A stretch of DNA of 64,000 nucleotides from the human T2T-CHM13v2.0 reference genome, Homo sapiens. Below, piece by piece: positions 35,001 to 50,000 of the stretch (position 1 is its first letter; every line of letters starts with the position of its first letter). The notes under the pieces were generated by a model. It had not been told where the DNA came from and made no database searches. It was given only the letters and a program-made list of their open reading frames with translations. The position numbers and the translations under genes are program-made. The stretch lies in assembly GCF_009914755.1 (NCBI RefSeq), contig NC_060946.1; one strand, 5' to 3'.

Positions 35001-38000
35001 GAATGGAATGGATTGGAATGGAATGGAAAGGAATCAACCCGAGCGGAAAGGAATGGAATGGAATGGAGTGGAATGGAGTGGAATGTAATGTAATGTAATG
35101 GAATGGAATGGAATGGAATTGAATGGAATGGAATCAACCGGAGCGGAAAGGAATAGAATGGAATGGATTGGAATGGAATGCAATGGAATGGAATGGAATC
35201 AACACGAATGGAATGAAACGGAATGGAATGGGACGGGATGGAATGGAATGGAATGGAAGTTAATCAACACGAATGGAATGGAATGGAATGGAATGGAATG
35301 GAATGGAATGAACCCGAATGGAAGGGAGTGGATTGGAATGGAATGGAAAGGAATCACCCCGAGCGGAAAGGAATGGAATGGAATGGAGTGGAATGGAGTG
35401 GAATGTAATGTAATGTAATGTAATGTAATGGAATGGAATAGAATGGAATGGAATGGAATGGAATCAACCCAAGTACAATGGAATGGAATGGAATGCAATG
35501 GAATCCACCTGAGTGGAATGGAATGGAATGGAATGGAATGGAATGGAATGGAATGGAGTGGAATGGAACGGAATGGAGTGGAATGGAATAAACACCAGGG
35601 GAATGAAATGGTTTGGAATGGAATGGAATGGAATGGAATGGAATGGACTCAACCCGAGTGGAATGGAACGGAATGGAATGGAATGGAAAGGAATCAATGG
35701 AATGGAATGTTGTGGAATCAACACGAGAGGAATGGAATGGAATGGAATGGAACGGAACGGAATGGAAAGGAATGGAATGGAATGAACCCGAATGGAATGG
35801 AATGGATTGGAATGGAATGGAATGGAATCAACCCGAGCGGAAAGGAATGGAATGGAATGGAGTGGAATGGAATGGAATGGAATGGAATCAACCCAAGTGC
35901 AATGGAATGGAATGGAATGCAATGTAATCCACCCGAGTGGAATGGAATGGAATGGAATGGAATGGAATGGAATGGAATGGAATGGAGTGGAATGGAACGG
36001 AATGGAGTGGAATGGATTAAACACCAGGGGAATGAAATGGATTGGAATGAAATGGAATGGAAAGGAATGGAGTGGAATGAAATCAACCCGAGTGGAATGG
36101 AACGGAATGGAATGGCATGGAAAGGAATCAATGGAATGGAATGGTGTGGAATCAACAGGAGAGGAATGGAATGGAATGGAATGGAACGGAACGGAATAGA
36201 AAGGAATGGAATGAACCCGAATGGAATGGAATGGATTGGAATGGAATGGAATGGAATCAAGCCGAGCGTAAAGGAATGGAATGGAATGGATTGGACTGGA
36301 ATTTAATGGAATGGAATGAAATGGAATGGAATCAACAAGAATGGAATAGAACGGAATGGAATGGAAGGGGATGGAATGGAATGGAATGGAAGTTAATCAA
36401 CACGAATGGAATGGAACGCAATGGACTGGAATGGAATGGAATGAACCCGAATGGAATGGAATGGATTGGAATGGAATGGAATGTAATCAACCCGAGCGGA
36501 AAGGAATGGAATGGAATGGAGTGGAATGGAATGTAATGTAATGGAATGGAATGGGATAGAATCAACACGAATGGAATGGAACGGAATGGAATGGAATGGG
36601 ATGGAATGGAATGGAATGGAAGTTAATCAACACGAATGGAATGGAAAGGAATGGAATGGAATGGAATGGAACGGAATGGAACGGAACGGAATGGAATGGA
36701 ATGGAATGGAATGGAATGGAATGGAATGGAATGAAATGGAAAGGAACGGAATGGAATGAACACGAGTGGAATGGAATGGAACGGAATGAAATCAACCCGA
36801 GTGGAATGAAATGGAATGTAATGCAATGGGATGGAGTGGAATCAACCAGAGTGGAATGGAATGGAACTGAATGAAATGGTATGGATCGGAATGGAATCCA
36901 ATGGAATCAACTGGAATGGAATGGAATGGAATGGAATGGAATAAATCGGGGTGGAGTGGAATGGAATGTAATGGAGTGGAATGGAATGGAATTTAGTGGA
37001 ATGGAATGGAATGGAATGGAATGGAATCAACCTGAATGGAATGCAACGGAATGGAATGGAAAGGAAAGGAAAGGAATGGAATGGAATGGAAAGGAATGGA
37101 ATGGAATGGAATGGCATGAAATGGAATGCATCGGAATGGAATCCAATGGAATCAACTGGAATATAATGGAATGGAATGGAATGGAATGGAATGGAATGGA
37201 ATAAATCCGTGTGGAGTGGAATGGAATGTAATGGAGTGGAATGTAATGGAATTTAGTGGAATGGAATGGAATGGAATGAAATGGACTGGATCGGAATGGA
37301 ATCCAATGGAATCAACTGGAATGGAATGGAATGGAATGGAATGGAATAAATCCGGGTCGAGTGGAATGGAATGTAATGGAGTGGAATGGAATGGAATTTA
37401 GTGGAATGGAATGTAATGGAATCAACCCGAATGGAATGGAACGGAATGGAATGGAAAGGAATGGAATGGAATGGAATAGAATGGATTGGAATGTTATGGA
37501 ATGGAATGGAGTGGAATGGAATCAAACCGAATGGGATGGCATGGAATGGAATCGAATGGAATCAACTGGAATGGAATGGAATGGAATGGAATGGAATGGA
37601 ATGGAATGGGATGGAATGGAATAAATCCGGGTGGAGTGGAATGGAATGTAATGGAGTGGAATGTAATGCAATTTAGTGGAATGGAATGGAATGGAATGGA
37701 ATGGAATGAAATGGATTGGATCGGTATGGAATGCAATGGTATCAACTGGAATGGAAGGGAATGGAATGGAATGCAATAAATCCGGGTGGAGTGGAATGGA
37801 ATGTAATGGAGTGGAATGGAATGGAATTTAGTGGAATGGAATGGAATGGAATGGAATGGAAAGGAATGGAATGGAATAAACACGAATGGAATGGAACGGA
37901 ATGGAATGGAATGGAATGGAATGGAATGGAATGGAATGGAATGGAATCAACCCGAATGAGATGGCATGGAATGGAATGGAATGGAATGCAATGGAATGGA

Positions 38001-41000
38001 ATGGAATGGAATGGAATGGAATCAACCCAAGTTTAATGGAATGGAATGGAATGCAATGGAATCCAACCGAGTGGAATGGAATGGAATGGAATGGCATGGA
38101 ATGGAGTGGAATGGAACGGAATGGAGTGGAATGGAATAAACACCAGGGGAATGAAATGGATTGGAAAGAAATGGAATGGAATGGAATGGAATTGAATGAA
38201 ATCAAACCGAGTGGAATGGAACGGAATGGAATGGAATGGAAAGGAATGAATGGAATGGAATGGTGTGGAATCAACACGAGAGGAATGGAATGGAATAGCA
38301 TGGAACGGAACGGAATGGAAAGGAATGGAATGGAATGGAACGGAAAGGAATGGAAAGGAATGGAATGGAATAAACCCGAATGGAATGGAATGGATTGGAA
38401 TGGAATGGAATGGAATCAACCCGATCGGAAAGGAATGGAATGGAATGGAGTGGAATGTAACGTAATGTAATGTAATGGAACGGAATGGAATCAACACGAA
38501 TGGAATGGAACGGAATGGAATGGAATGGAATGGAATGAACCCGAATGGAATGGAATGCATTGGAATTGAATGGAATGGAATCAACAGGAGCGGAAAGGAA
38601 TGGAATGGAATGGAGTGGAATGTAATGGAATGGAATGGAATGGAATGGAATGGAATAGAAGCAACACGAATGGAATGGAACGGAATGGAATGGGATGGGA
38701 TGAAATGGAATGGAATGGAAGTTAATCAACACGAATGGAATGGAACGGAATGGAATGGAATGGAATGGAATGGAATGAACCCGAATGGAATGGAATGATT
38801 TGGAATGGAATGGAATGGAATCAACCGGAGCGGAAAGGAATAGAATTGAATGGATTGAAATGGAATGCAATGGAATGGAATGGAATCAACACGAATGGAA
38901 TGAAACGGAATGGAATGGGACGGGATGGAATGGAATGGAATGGAAGTTAATCAACACGAATGGAATGGAATGGAATGGAATGGAATGGAATGGAATGCAA
39001 TGAACCCGAATGGAATGGAATGGATTGGAATGGAATGGAAAGGAATCAACCCGAGTGGAAAGGAAAGGAATGGAATGGAGTGGAATGGAGTGGAATGTAA
39101 TGTAATGGAATAGAATGGAATGGAATGGAATGGAATCGAATCAATCCAAGTACAATGGAATGGAATGGAATGCAATGGAATCCACCTGAGTGGAATGGAA
39201 TGGAATGGAATGGAATGGAATGGAATGGAATGGAATGGAGTGGAATGGAACGGAATGGAGTGGAATGGAATAAACACCAGGGGAATGAAATGGATTGGAA
39301 TGAAATGGAATGGAATGGAATGGAATGGAATGGAATGGAATGGAATGGAATCAACCCGAGTGGAATGGAACGGAATGGAATGGAATGGGAAGGAATCAAT
39401 GGAATGGAATGTTGTGGAATCAACACGAGAGGAATGGAATGGAATGGAATGGAACGGAACAGAATGGAAAGGAATGGAATGGAATGAACCCGAATGGAAT
39501 GGAATGGATTGGAATGGAATGGAATGGAATCAACCCGAGCGGAAAGGAATGGAATGGAATGGAGTGGAATAGAATGGAATGGAATGGAATCAACCCAAGT
39601 GCAATGGAATGGAATGGAATGCAACGGAATCCACCCGAGTGGAATGGAATGGAATGGAATGGAATGGAATGGAATGGAATGGAATGGAACGGAATGGAGT
39701 GGAATGGATTAAACACCAGGGGAATGAAATGGATTGGAATGAAATGGAATGGAAAGGAATGGAATGGAATGAAATCAACCCGAGTGGAATGGAACGGAAT
39801 GGAATGGCATGGAAAGGAATCAATGGAATGGAATGGTGTGGAATCAACAGGAGAGGAATGGAATCGAATGGAATGGAACGGAACGGAATGGAAAGGAATG
39901 GAATGGAATGAACCCGAATGCAATGGAATGGATTGGAATGGAATGGAATGGAATCAAGCCGAGAGTAAAGGAATGGAATGGAATGGATTGGACTGGAATG
40001 TAATGGAATGGAATGAAATGGAATGGAATCAACAAGAATGGAATAGAACGGAATGGAATGGAAGGGGATGGAATGGAATGGAATGGAAGTTAATCAACAC
40101 GAATGGAATGGAATGGAATGGAATGGAATGGAATGGAATGAACCCGAATGGAATGGAATGGATTGGAATGGAATGGAAAGGAATCAACCCGAGCGGAAAG
40201 GAATGGAATGGAATGGAGTGGAATGGAGTGGAATGTAATGTAATGTAATGTAATGGAATGGAATGGAATGGAATGGAATGGAATCAACCGGAGGGGAAAG
40301 GAATAGAATGGAATGGATTGGAATGGAATGCAATGGAATGGAATGGAATCAACACGAATGGAATGAATCGGAATGGAATGGGACGGGATGGAATGGAATG
40401 GAAGTTAATCAAAACGAATGGAATGGAATGGAATGGAATGGAATGAACCCGAATGGAATGGAATGGATTGGAATGGAATGGAAAGGAATCAACCCGAGCG
40501 GAAAGGAATGGAATGGAATGGAGTGGAATGGAGTGGAATGTAATGTAATGTAATGTAATGGAATGGAATAGAATGGAATGGAATGGAATGGAATCAACCC
40601 AAGTACAATGGAATGGAATGGAATGCAATGGAATCCACCTGAGTGGAATGGAATGGAATGGAATGGAATGGAATGGAATGGAATGGAATGGAATGGAATG
40701 GAGTGGAATGGAACGGAATGGAGTGGAATGGAATAAACACCAGGGGAATGAAATGGTTTGGAATGGAATGGAATGGAATGGAATGGAATGGAATGGAATC
40801 AACCCGAGTGGAATGGAACGGAATGGAATGGAATGGAAAGGAATCAATGGAATGGAATGTTGTGGAATCAACACGAGAGGAATGGAATGGAATGGAATGG
40901 AACGGAACGGAATGGAAAGGAATGGAATGGAATGGAATGAACCCGAATGGAATGGAATGGATTGGAATGGAATGGAATGGAATCAACCCGAGTGGAAAGG

Positions 41001-44000
41001 AATGGAATGGAATGGAGTGGAATGGAATGGAATGGAATGGAATCAACCCAAGTGCAATGGAATGGAATGGAATGCAATGTAATCCAACCGAGTGGAATGG
41101 AATGGAATGGAATGGAATGGAATGGAATGGAATGGAATGGAATGGAGTGGAATGGAACGGAATGGAGTGGAATGGATTAAACACCAGGGGAATGAAATGG
41201 ATTGGAATGAAATGGAATGGAAAGGAATGGAATGTAATGAAATCAACCCGAGTGGAATGGAACGGAATGGAATGGCATGGAAAGGAATCAATGGAATGGA
41301 ATGGTGTGGAATCAACAGGAGAGGAATGGAATCGAATGAAATGGAACGGAACGGAATGGAAAGGAATGGAATGAACCCGAATGGAATGGAATGGATTGGA
41401 ATGGAATGGAATGGAATCAAGCCCAGCGTAAAGGAATGGAATGGAATGGATTGGACTGGAATTTAATGGAATGGAATGAAATGGAATGGAATCAACAAGA
41501 ATGGAATAGAACGGAATGGAATTGAAGGGGATTGAATGGAATGGAATGGAAGTTAATCAACACGAATGGAATGGAACGGAATGGACTGGAATGGAATGGA
41601 AGGAACCCGAATGGAATGGAATGGATTGGAATGGAATGGAATGGAATCAACCCGAGCGGAAAGGAATGGAATGGAATGGAGTGGAATGGAATGTATTGTA
41701 ATGGAATGGAGTGGAATGGAATATATTGTAATGGAATGGAATGGGATAGAATCAACACGAATGGAATGGAACGGAATGGAATGGAATGGGATGGAATGGA
41801 ATGGAATGGAAGTTAATCAACACGAATGGAATGGAAAGGAATGGAATGGAATGGAATGGAACGGAATGGAACGGAACGGAATGGAATGGAATGGAATGGA
41901 ATGGAATGAAATCGAAACGAACGGAATGGAATGAACACGAGTGGAATGGAATGGAACGGAATGGAATCAACCCGAGTGGAATGAAATGGAATGTAATGCA
42001 ATGGGATGGAGTGGAATCAACCCGAGTGGAATGGAATGGAACTGAATGAAATGGTATGGATCGGAATGGAATCCAATGGAATCAACTGGAATGGAATGGA
42101 ATGGAATGGAATGGAATAAATCGGGGTGGAGTGGAATGGAATGTAATGGAGTGGAATGGAATGGAATTTAGTGGAATGGAATGGAATGGAATGGAATGGA
42201 ATCAACCCGAATGGAATGCAACGGAATGGAATGGAAAGGAAAGGAAAGGAATGGAATGGAATGCAATGGAATGGAATGGAATGGAATGGAATGGAATGGA
42301 ATGGAATGGCATGAAATGGAATGGATCGGAATGGAATCCAATGGAATCAACTGGAATGTAATGGAATGGAATGGAATGGAATGGAATAAATCCGTGTGGA
42401 GTGGAATGGAATGTAATGGATTGGAATGTAATGGAATTTAGTGAAATGGAATGGAATGGAATGGAATGGAATGAAATGGACTGGATCGGAATGGAATCCA
42501 ATGGAATCAACTGGAATGGAATGGAATGGGATGGAATGGAATAAATCCGGGTCGAGTGGAATGGAATGTAATGGAGTGGAATGGAATGGAATTTAGTGGA
42601 ATGGAATGTAATGGAATCAACCCGAATGGAATGGAACGGAATGGAATGGAAAGGAATGGAATGGAATGGAATAGAATGGATTGGAATGTTATGGAATGGA
42701 ATGGAGTGGAATGGAATCAACCCGAATGGGATGGCATGGAATGGAATCGAATGGAATCAACTGGAATGGAATGGAATGGAATGGAATGGAATGGGATGGA
42801 ATGGAATAAATCCGGGTGGAGTAGAATGGAATGTAATGGAGTGGAATGTAATGCAATTTAGTGGAATGGAATGGAATGGAATGAAATGGATTGGATCGGT
42901 ATGGAATGCAATGGTAACAACTGGAATGGAAGGGAATGGAATGGAATGGAATAAATCCGGGTGGAGTGGAATGGAATGTAATGGAGTGGAATGGAATGGA
43001 ATTTAGTGGAATGGAATGGAATGGAATGGAATGGAAAGGAATGGAATGGAATCAACACGAATGGAATGGAACGGAATGGAATGGAATGGAATGGAATGGA
43101 CTGGAATCAACCCGAATGAGATGGCATGGAATGGAATGGAATGGAATGCAATGGAATGGAATGGAATGGAATGGAATCAACCCAATTTTAATGGAATGGA
43201 ATGGAATGCAATGGAATCCAACCGAGTGGAATGGAATGGAATGGAATGGCATGGAATGGAGTGGAATGGAACGGAATGGAGTGGAATGGAATAAACACCA
43301 GGGGAATGAAATGGATTGGAAAGAAATGGAATGGAATGGAATGGAATTGAATGAAATCAAACCGAGTGGAATGGAACGGAATGGAATGGAATGGAAAGGA
43401 ATGAATGGAATGGAATGGTGTGGAATCAACACGAGAGGAATGGAATGGAATAGCATGGAATGGAACGGAATGGAAAGGAATGGAATGGAATGGAACGGAA
43501 AGGAATGGAAAGGAATGGAATGGAATTAACTCGAATGGAATGGAATGGATTGGAATGGAATGGAATGGAATCAACCCGATCGGAAAGGAATGGAATGGAA
43601 TGGAGTGAAATGTAACGTAATGTAATGTAATGGAACGGAATGGAATCAACACGAATGGAATGGAACGGAATGGAATGGAATGGAATGGAATGGAATGAAC
43701 CCGAATGGAATGGAATGCATTGGAATTGAATGGAATGGAATCAACAGGAGCGGAAAGGAATGGAATGGAATGGAGTGGAATGTAATGTAATGGAATGGAA
43801 TGGAATGGAATGGAATGGAATAGAATCAACACGAATGGAATGGAACGGAATGGAATGGGATGGGATGGAATGGAATGGAATGGAAGTTAATCAACACGAA
43901 TGGAATGGAACGGAATGGAATGGAATGGAATGGAATGGAATGGAATGAACCCGAATGGAATGGAATGATTTGGAATGGAATGGAATGGAATCAACCGGAG

Positions 44001-47000
44001 CGGAAAGGAATAGAATTGAATGGATTGGAATGGAATGCAATGGAATGGAATGGAATCAACACGAATGGAATGAAACGGAATGGAATGGGACGGGATGGAA
44101 TGGAATGGAATGGAAGTTAATCAACACGAATGGAATGGAATGGAATGGAATGGAATGGAATGGAATGGAATGGAATGAACCCGAATGCAATGGAATGGAT
44201 TGGAATGGAATGGAAAGGAATCAACCCGAGCGGAAAGGAAAGGAATGGAATGGAGTGGAATGGAGTGGAATGTAATGTAATGGAATAGAATGGAATGGAA
44301 TGGAATGGAATTGAATCAATCCAAGTACAATGGAATGGAATGGAATGCAATGGAATCCACCTGAGTGGAATGGAATGGAATGGAATGAAGTGGAATGCAA
44401 CGGAATGGAGTGGAATGGAATAAACACCAGGGGAATGAAATGGATTGGAATGAAATGGAATGGAATGGAATGGAATGGAATGGAATGGAATGGAATGGAA
44501 TCAACCCGAGTGGAATGGAACGGAATGGAATGGAATGGGAAGGAATCAATGGAATGGAATGTTGTGGAATCAACACGAGAGGAATGGAATGGAATGGAAT
44601 GGAACGGAACAGAATGGAAAGGAATGGAATGGAATGAACCCGAATGGAATGGAATGGATTGGAATGGAATGGAATGGAATCAACCCGAGGGGAAAGGAAT
44701 GGAATGGAATGGAGTGGAATGGAATGGAATGGAATGGAATCAACCCAAGTGCAATGGAATGGAATGGAATGCAACGGAATCCACCCGAGTGGAATGGAAT
44801 GGAATGGAATGGAATGGAATGGAATGGAATGGAATGGAATGGAACGGAATGGAGTGGAATGGATTAAACACCAGGGGAATGAAATGGATTGGAATGAAAT
44901 GGAATGGAAAGAATGGAATGGAATGAAATCAACCCGAGTGGAATGGAACGGAATGGAATGGCATGGAAAGGAATCAATGGAATGGAATGGTGTGGAACCA
45001 ACAGGAGAGGAATGGAATGGAATGGAATGGAACGGAACGGAATGGAAAGGAATGGAATGGAATGAACCCGAATGCAATGGAATGGATTGGAATGGAATGG
45101 AATGGAATCAAGCCGAGAGTAAAGGAATGGACTGGAATGGATTGGACTGGAATGTAATGGAATGGATTGAAATGGAATGGAATCAACAAGAATGGAATAG
45201 AACACAATGGAATGGAAGGGGATGGAATGGAATGGAATGGAAGTTAATCAACACGAATGGAATGGAATGGAATGGAATGGAATGGAATGGAATGGAATGA
45301 ACCCGAATGGAATGGAATGGATTGGAATGGAATGGAAAGGAATCAACCCGAGCGGAAAGGAATGGAATGGAATGGAGTGGAATGGAGTGGAATGCAATGT
45401 AATAGAATGGAATGGAATGGAATGGAATGGAATCAACCGGAGGGGAAAGGAATAGAATGGAATGGATTGGAATGGAATGCAATGGAATGGAATGGAATCA
45501 ACACGAATGGAATGAATCGGAATGGAATGGGACGGGATGGAATGGAATGGAATGGAAGTTAATCAAAACGAATGGAATGGAATGGAATGGAATGGAATGG
45601 AATGAACCCGAATGGAATGGAATGGATTGGAATGGAATGGAAAGGAATCAACCAGAGCGGAAAGGAATGGAATGGAATGGAGTGGAACGGAGTGGAATGT
45701 AATGTAATGTAATGTAATGGAATGTAATGGAATGGAATGGAATGGAATGGAATCAACCCAAGTACAATGGAATGGAATGGAATGCAATGGAATCCACCTG
45801 AGTGGAATGGAATGGAATGGAATGGAATGGAATGGAATGGAGTGGAATGGAACGGAATGGAGTGGAATGGAATAAACACCAGGGGAATGAAATGGGTTGG
45901 AATGAAATGGAATGGAATGGAATGGAATGGAATGGAATGGAATGGAATGGAATGGAATCAACCCGAGTGGAATGGAACGGAATGGAATGGAATGGAAAGG
46001 AATCAATGGAATGGAATGTTGTGGAATCAACACGAGAGGAATGGAATGGAATGGAATGGAATGGAATGGAACGGAATGGAATGGAATGGAATGGAATCAA
46101 CCCGAATGGAATGGAATGGATTGGAATGGAATGGAATGGAATCAACCCGAGCGGAAAGGAATGGAATGGAATGGAGTGGAATGGAATGGAATAGAATGGA
46201 ATGGAATCAACCCAAGTGCAATGGAATGGAATGGAATGCAATGGAATCCACCCGAGTGGAATGGAATGGAATGGAATGGAATGGAATGGAAAGGAATGGA
46301 GTGGAATGGAACGGAATGGAGTGGAATGGATTAAACACCAGGGGAATGAAATGGATTGGAATGAAATGGAATGGAAAGGAATGGAATGGAATGAAATCAA
46401 CCCGAGTGGAATGGAACGGAATGGAATGGCATGGAAAGGAATCAATGGAATGGAATGGTGTGGAATCAACAGGAGAGGAATGCAATGGAATGGAATGGAA
46501 CGGAACGGAATGGAAAGGAATGGAATGGAATGAACCCGAATGGAATGGAATGGATTGGAATGGAATGGAATGGAATCAAGCCGAGTGTAAAGGAATGGAA
46601 AGGAATGGATTGGACTGGAATGTAATGGAATGGAATGAAATGGAATGGAATCAACAAGAATGGAATAGAACGGAATGGAATGGAAGGGGATGGAATGGAA
46701 TGGAATGGAAGTTAATCAACACGAATGGAATGGAACGGAATGGACTGGAACGTAATGGAATGAACCCGAATGGAATGGAATGGATTGGAATGGAATGGAA
46801 TGTAATCAACCCGAGCGGAAAGGAATGGAATGGAATGGAGTGGAATGGAATGTAATGGAATGGAATGGAATGGGATAGAATCAACACGAATGGAATGGAA
46901 CGGAATGGAAAGGAATGGGATGGAATGGAATGGAATGGAAGTTAATCAACACGAATGGAATGGAATGGAATGGAATGGAACGGAATGGAACGGAACGGAA

Positions 47001-50000
47001 TGTAATGTAATGGAATGGAATGGAATGAAATGGAAAGGAACGGAATGGAATGAACACGAGTGGAATGGAATGGAACGGAATGGAATCAACCCGAGTGGAA
47101 TGAAATGGAATGTAATGCAATGGGATGGAGTGGAATCAACCCGAGTGGAATGGAATGGAACTGAATGAAATGGTATGGATCGGAATGGAATCCAATGGAA
47201 TCAACTGGAATGGAATGGAATGGAATGGAATGGAATAAATCCGGGTGGAGTGGAATGGAATGGAATGGAGTGGAATGGAATGGAATTTAGTGGAATGGAA
47301 TGGAATGGAATGGAATGGAATTAACCCGAATGGAATGCAACGGAATGGAATGGAAAGGAAAGGAAAGGAATGGAATGGAATGGAATGGAATGGAATGGAA
47401 TGGAATGGAATGGAATGGCATGAAATGGAATGGATCGGAATGGAATCCAATGGAATCAACTGGAATGGAATGGAATGGAATGGAATGGAATGGAATGGAA
47501 TAAATCCGTGTGGAGTGGAATGGAATGTAATGGAGTGGAATGTAATGGAATTTAGTGGAATGGAATGGAATGGAATGGAATGGAATGAAATGGACTGGAT
47601 TGGAATGGAATCGAATGGAATCAACTGGAATGGAATGGAATGGAATGGAATGGAATAAATCCGTGTCGAGTGGAAAGGAATGTAATGGAGTGGAATGGAA
47701 TGGAATTTAGTGGAATGGAACGTAATGGAATCAACCCGAATGGAATGGAACGGAATGGAATGGAAAGGAATGGAATGGAATGGAATGGAATGGATTGGAA
47801 TGTTATGGAATGAAATGGAGTGGAATGGAATCAACCCGAATGGGATGGCATGGAATGGAATCGAATGGAATCAACTGGAATGGAATGGAATGGAATGGGA
47901 TGGAATGGAATAAATCCGGGTGGAGTGGAATGGAATGTAATGGAGTGGAATGTAATGCAATTTAGTGGAATGGAATGGAATGGAATGGAATGGAATGAAA
48001 TGGATTGGATCGGTATGGAATGCAGTGGTATCAACTGGAATGGAAGGGAATGGAATGGAATGGAATAAATCCGGGTGGAGTGGAATGGAATGTAATGGAG
48101 TGGAATGGAATGGAATTTAGTGGAATGGAATGGAATGGAATGGAATGGAAAGGAATGGAATGGAATCAACACGAATGGAATGGAACGGAATGGAATGGAA
48201 TGGAATGGAATGGAATGGACTGGAATCAACCCGAATGAGATGGCATGGAATGCAGTTGAATGGAATGCAATGGAATGGAACGGAATGGAATGGAATCAAC
48301 CCAAGTTTAATGGAATGGAATGGAATGCAATGGAATCCAACCGAGTGGAATGGAATGGAATGGAATGGCATGGAATGGAGTGGAATGGAATGGAATGGAG
48401 TGGAATGGAATAAACACCAGGGGAATGAAATGGATTGGAAAGAAATGGAATGGAATGGAATGGAATGGAATGAAATCAAACCGAGTGGAATGGAACGGAA
48501 TGGAATGGAATGGAAAGGAATGAATGGAATGGAATGGTGTGGAATCAAAACGAGAGGAATGGAATGGAATAGAATGGAACGGAACGGAATGGAAAGGAAT
48601 GGAATGGAATGGAACGGAAAGGAATGGAAAGGAATGGAATGGAATTAACCCGAATGGAATGGAATGGACTGGAATGCAATGGAATGGAATCAACCCGATC
48701 GGAAACGAATGGAATGGAATGGAGTGGAATGTAACTTAATGTAACGTAATGGAACGGAATGGAATCAACACGAATGGAATGGAACGGAATGGAATGGAAT
48801 GGAATGGAATGGAATGGAATGGAATGAACCCGAATGGAAGGGAATGCATTGGAATTGAATGGAATGGAATCAACAGGAGCGGAAAGGAATGGAATGCAAT
48901 GGAGTGGAATGTAATGTAATGTAATGGAATGGAATGGAATAGAATCAACACGAATGGAATGGAACGGAATGGAATGTGATGGGATGGAATGGAATGGAAT
49001 GGAAGTTAATCAACACGAATGGAATGGAACGGAATGGAATGGAATGGAATGGAATGGAATGAACCAGAATGGAATGGAATGATTTGGAAGGAATGGAATG
49101 GAATCAACCGGAGCGGAAAGGAATAGAATGGAATGGATTGGAATGGAATGCAATGGAATGGAATGGAATCAACACGAATGGAATGAAACGGAATGGAATG
49201 GGACGGGATGGAATGGAATGGAATGGAAGTTAATCAACACGAATGGAATGGAATGCAATGGAATGGAATGGAATGGAATGGAATGAACCCGAATGGAATG
49301 GAATGGATTGGAATGGAATGGAAAGGAATCAACCCGAGCGGAAAGGAATGGAATGGAATGGAGTGGAATGGAGTGGAATGTAATGTAATGGAATAGAATG
49401 GAATGGAATGGAATGGAATCAATCCAAGTGCAATGGAATGGAATGGAATGCAATGGAATCCACCTGAGTGGAATGGAATGGAATGGAATGGAATGGAATG
49501 GAATGGAATGGAATGGAGTGGAATGGAACGGAATGGAGTGGAATGGAATAAACACCAGGGGAATGAAATGGATTGGAATGAAATGGAATGGAATGGAATG
49601 GAATGGAATCAACCCGAGTGGAATGGAACGGAATGGAATGGAATGGGAAGGAATCAATGGGATGGAATGTTTTGGAATCAACAAGAGAGGAATGGAATGG
49701 AATGGAATGGAATGGAACAGAATGGAAAGGAATGGAATGGAATGAACCCGAATGGAATGGAATGGATTGGAATGGAATGGAATGGAATCAACTCGAGCGG
49801 AAAGGAATGGAATGGAATGGAGTGGAATGGAATGGAATGGAATGGAATCAACCCAAGTGCAATGGAATGGAATGGAATGCAATGGAATCCACCCGAGTGG
49901 AAAGGAATGGAATGGAATGGAATGGAATGGAATGGAATGGAATGGAATGGAACGGAATGGAGTGGAATGGATTAAACACCAGGGGAATGAAATGGATTGG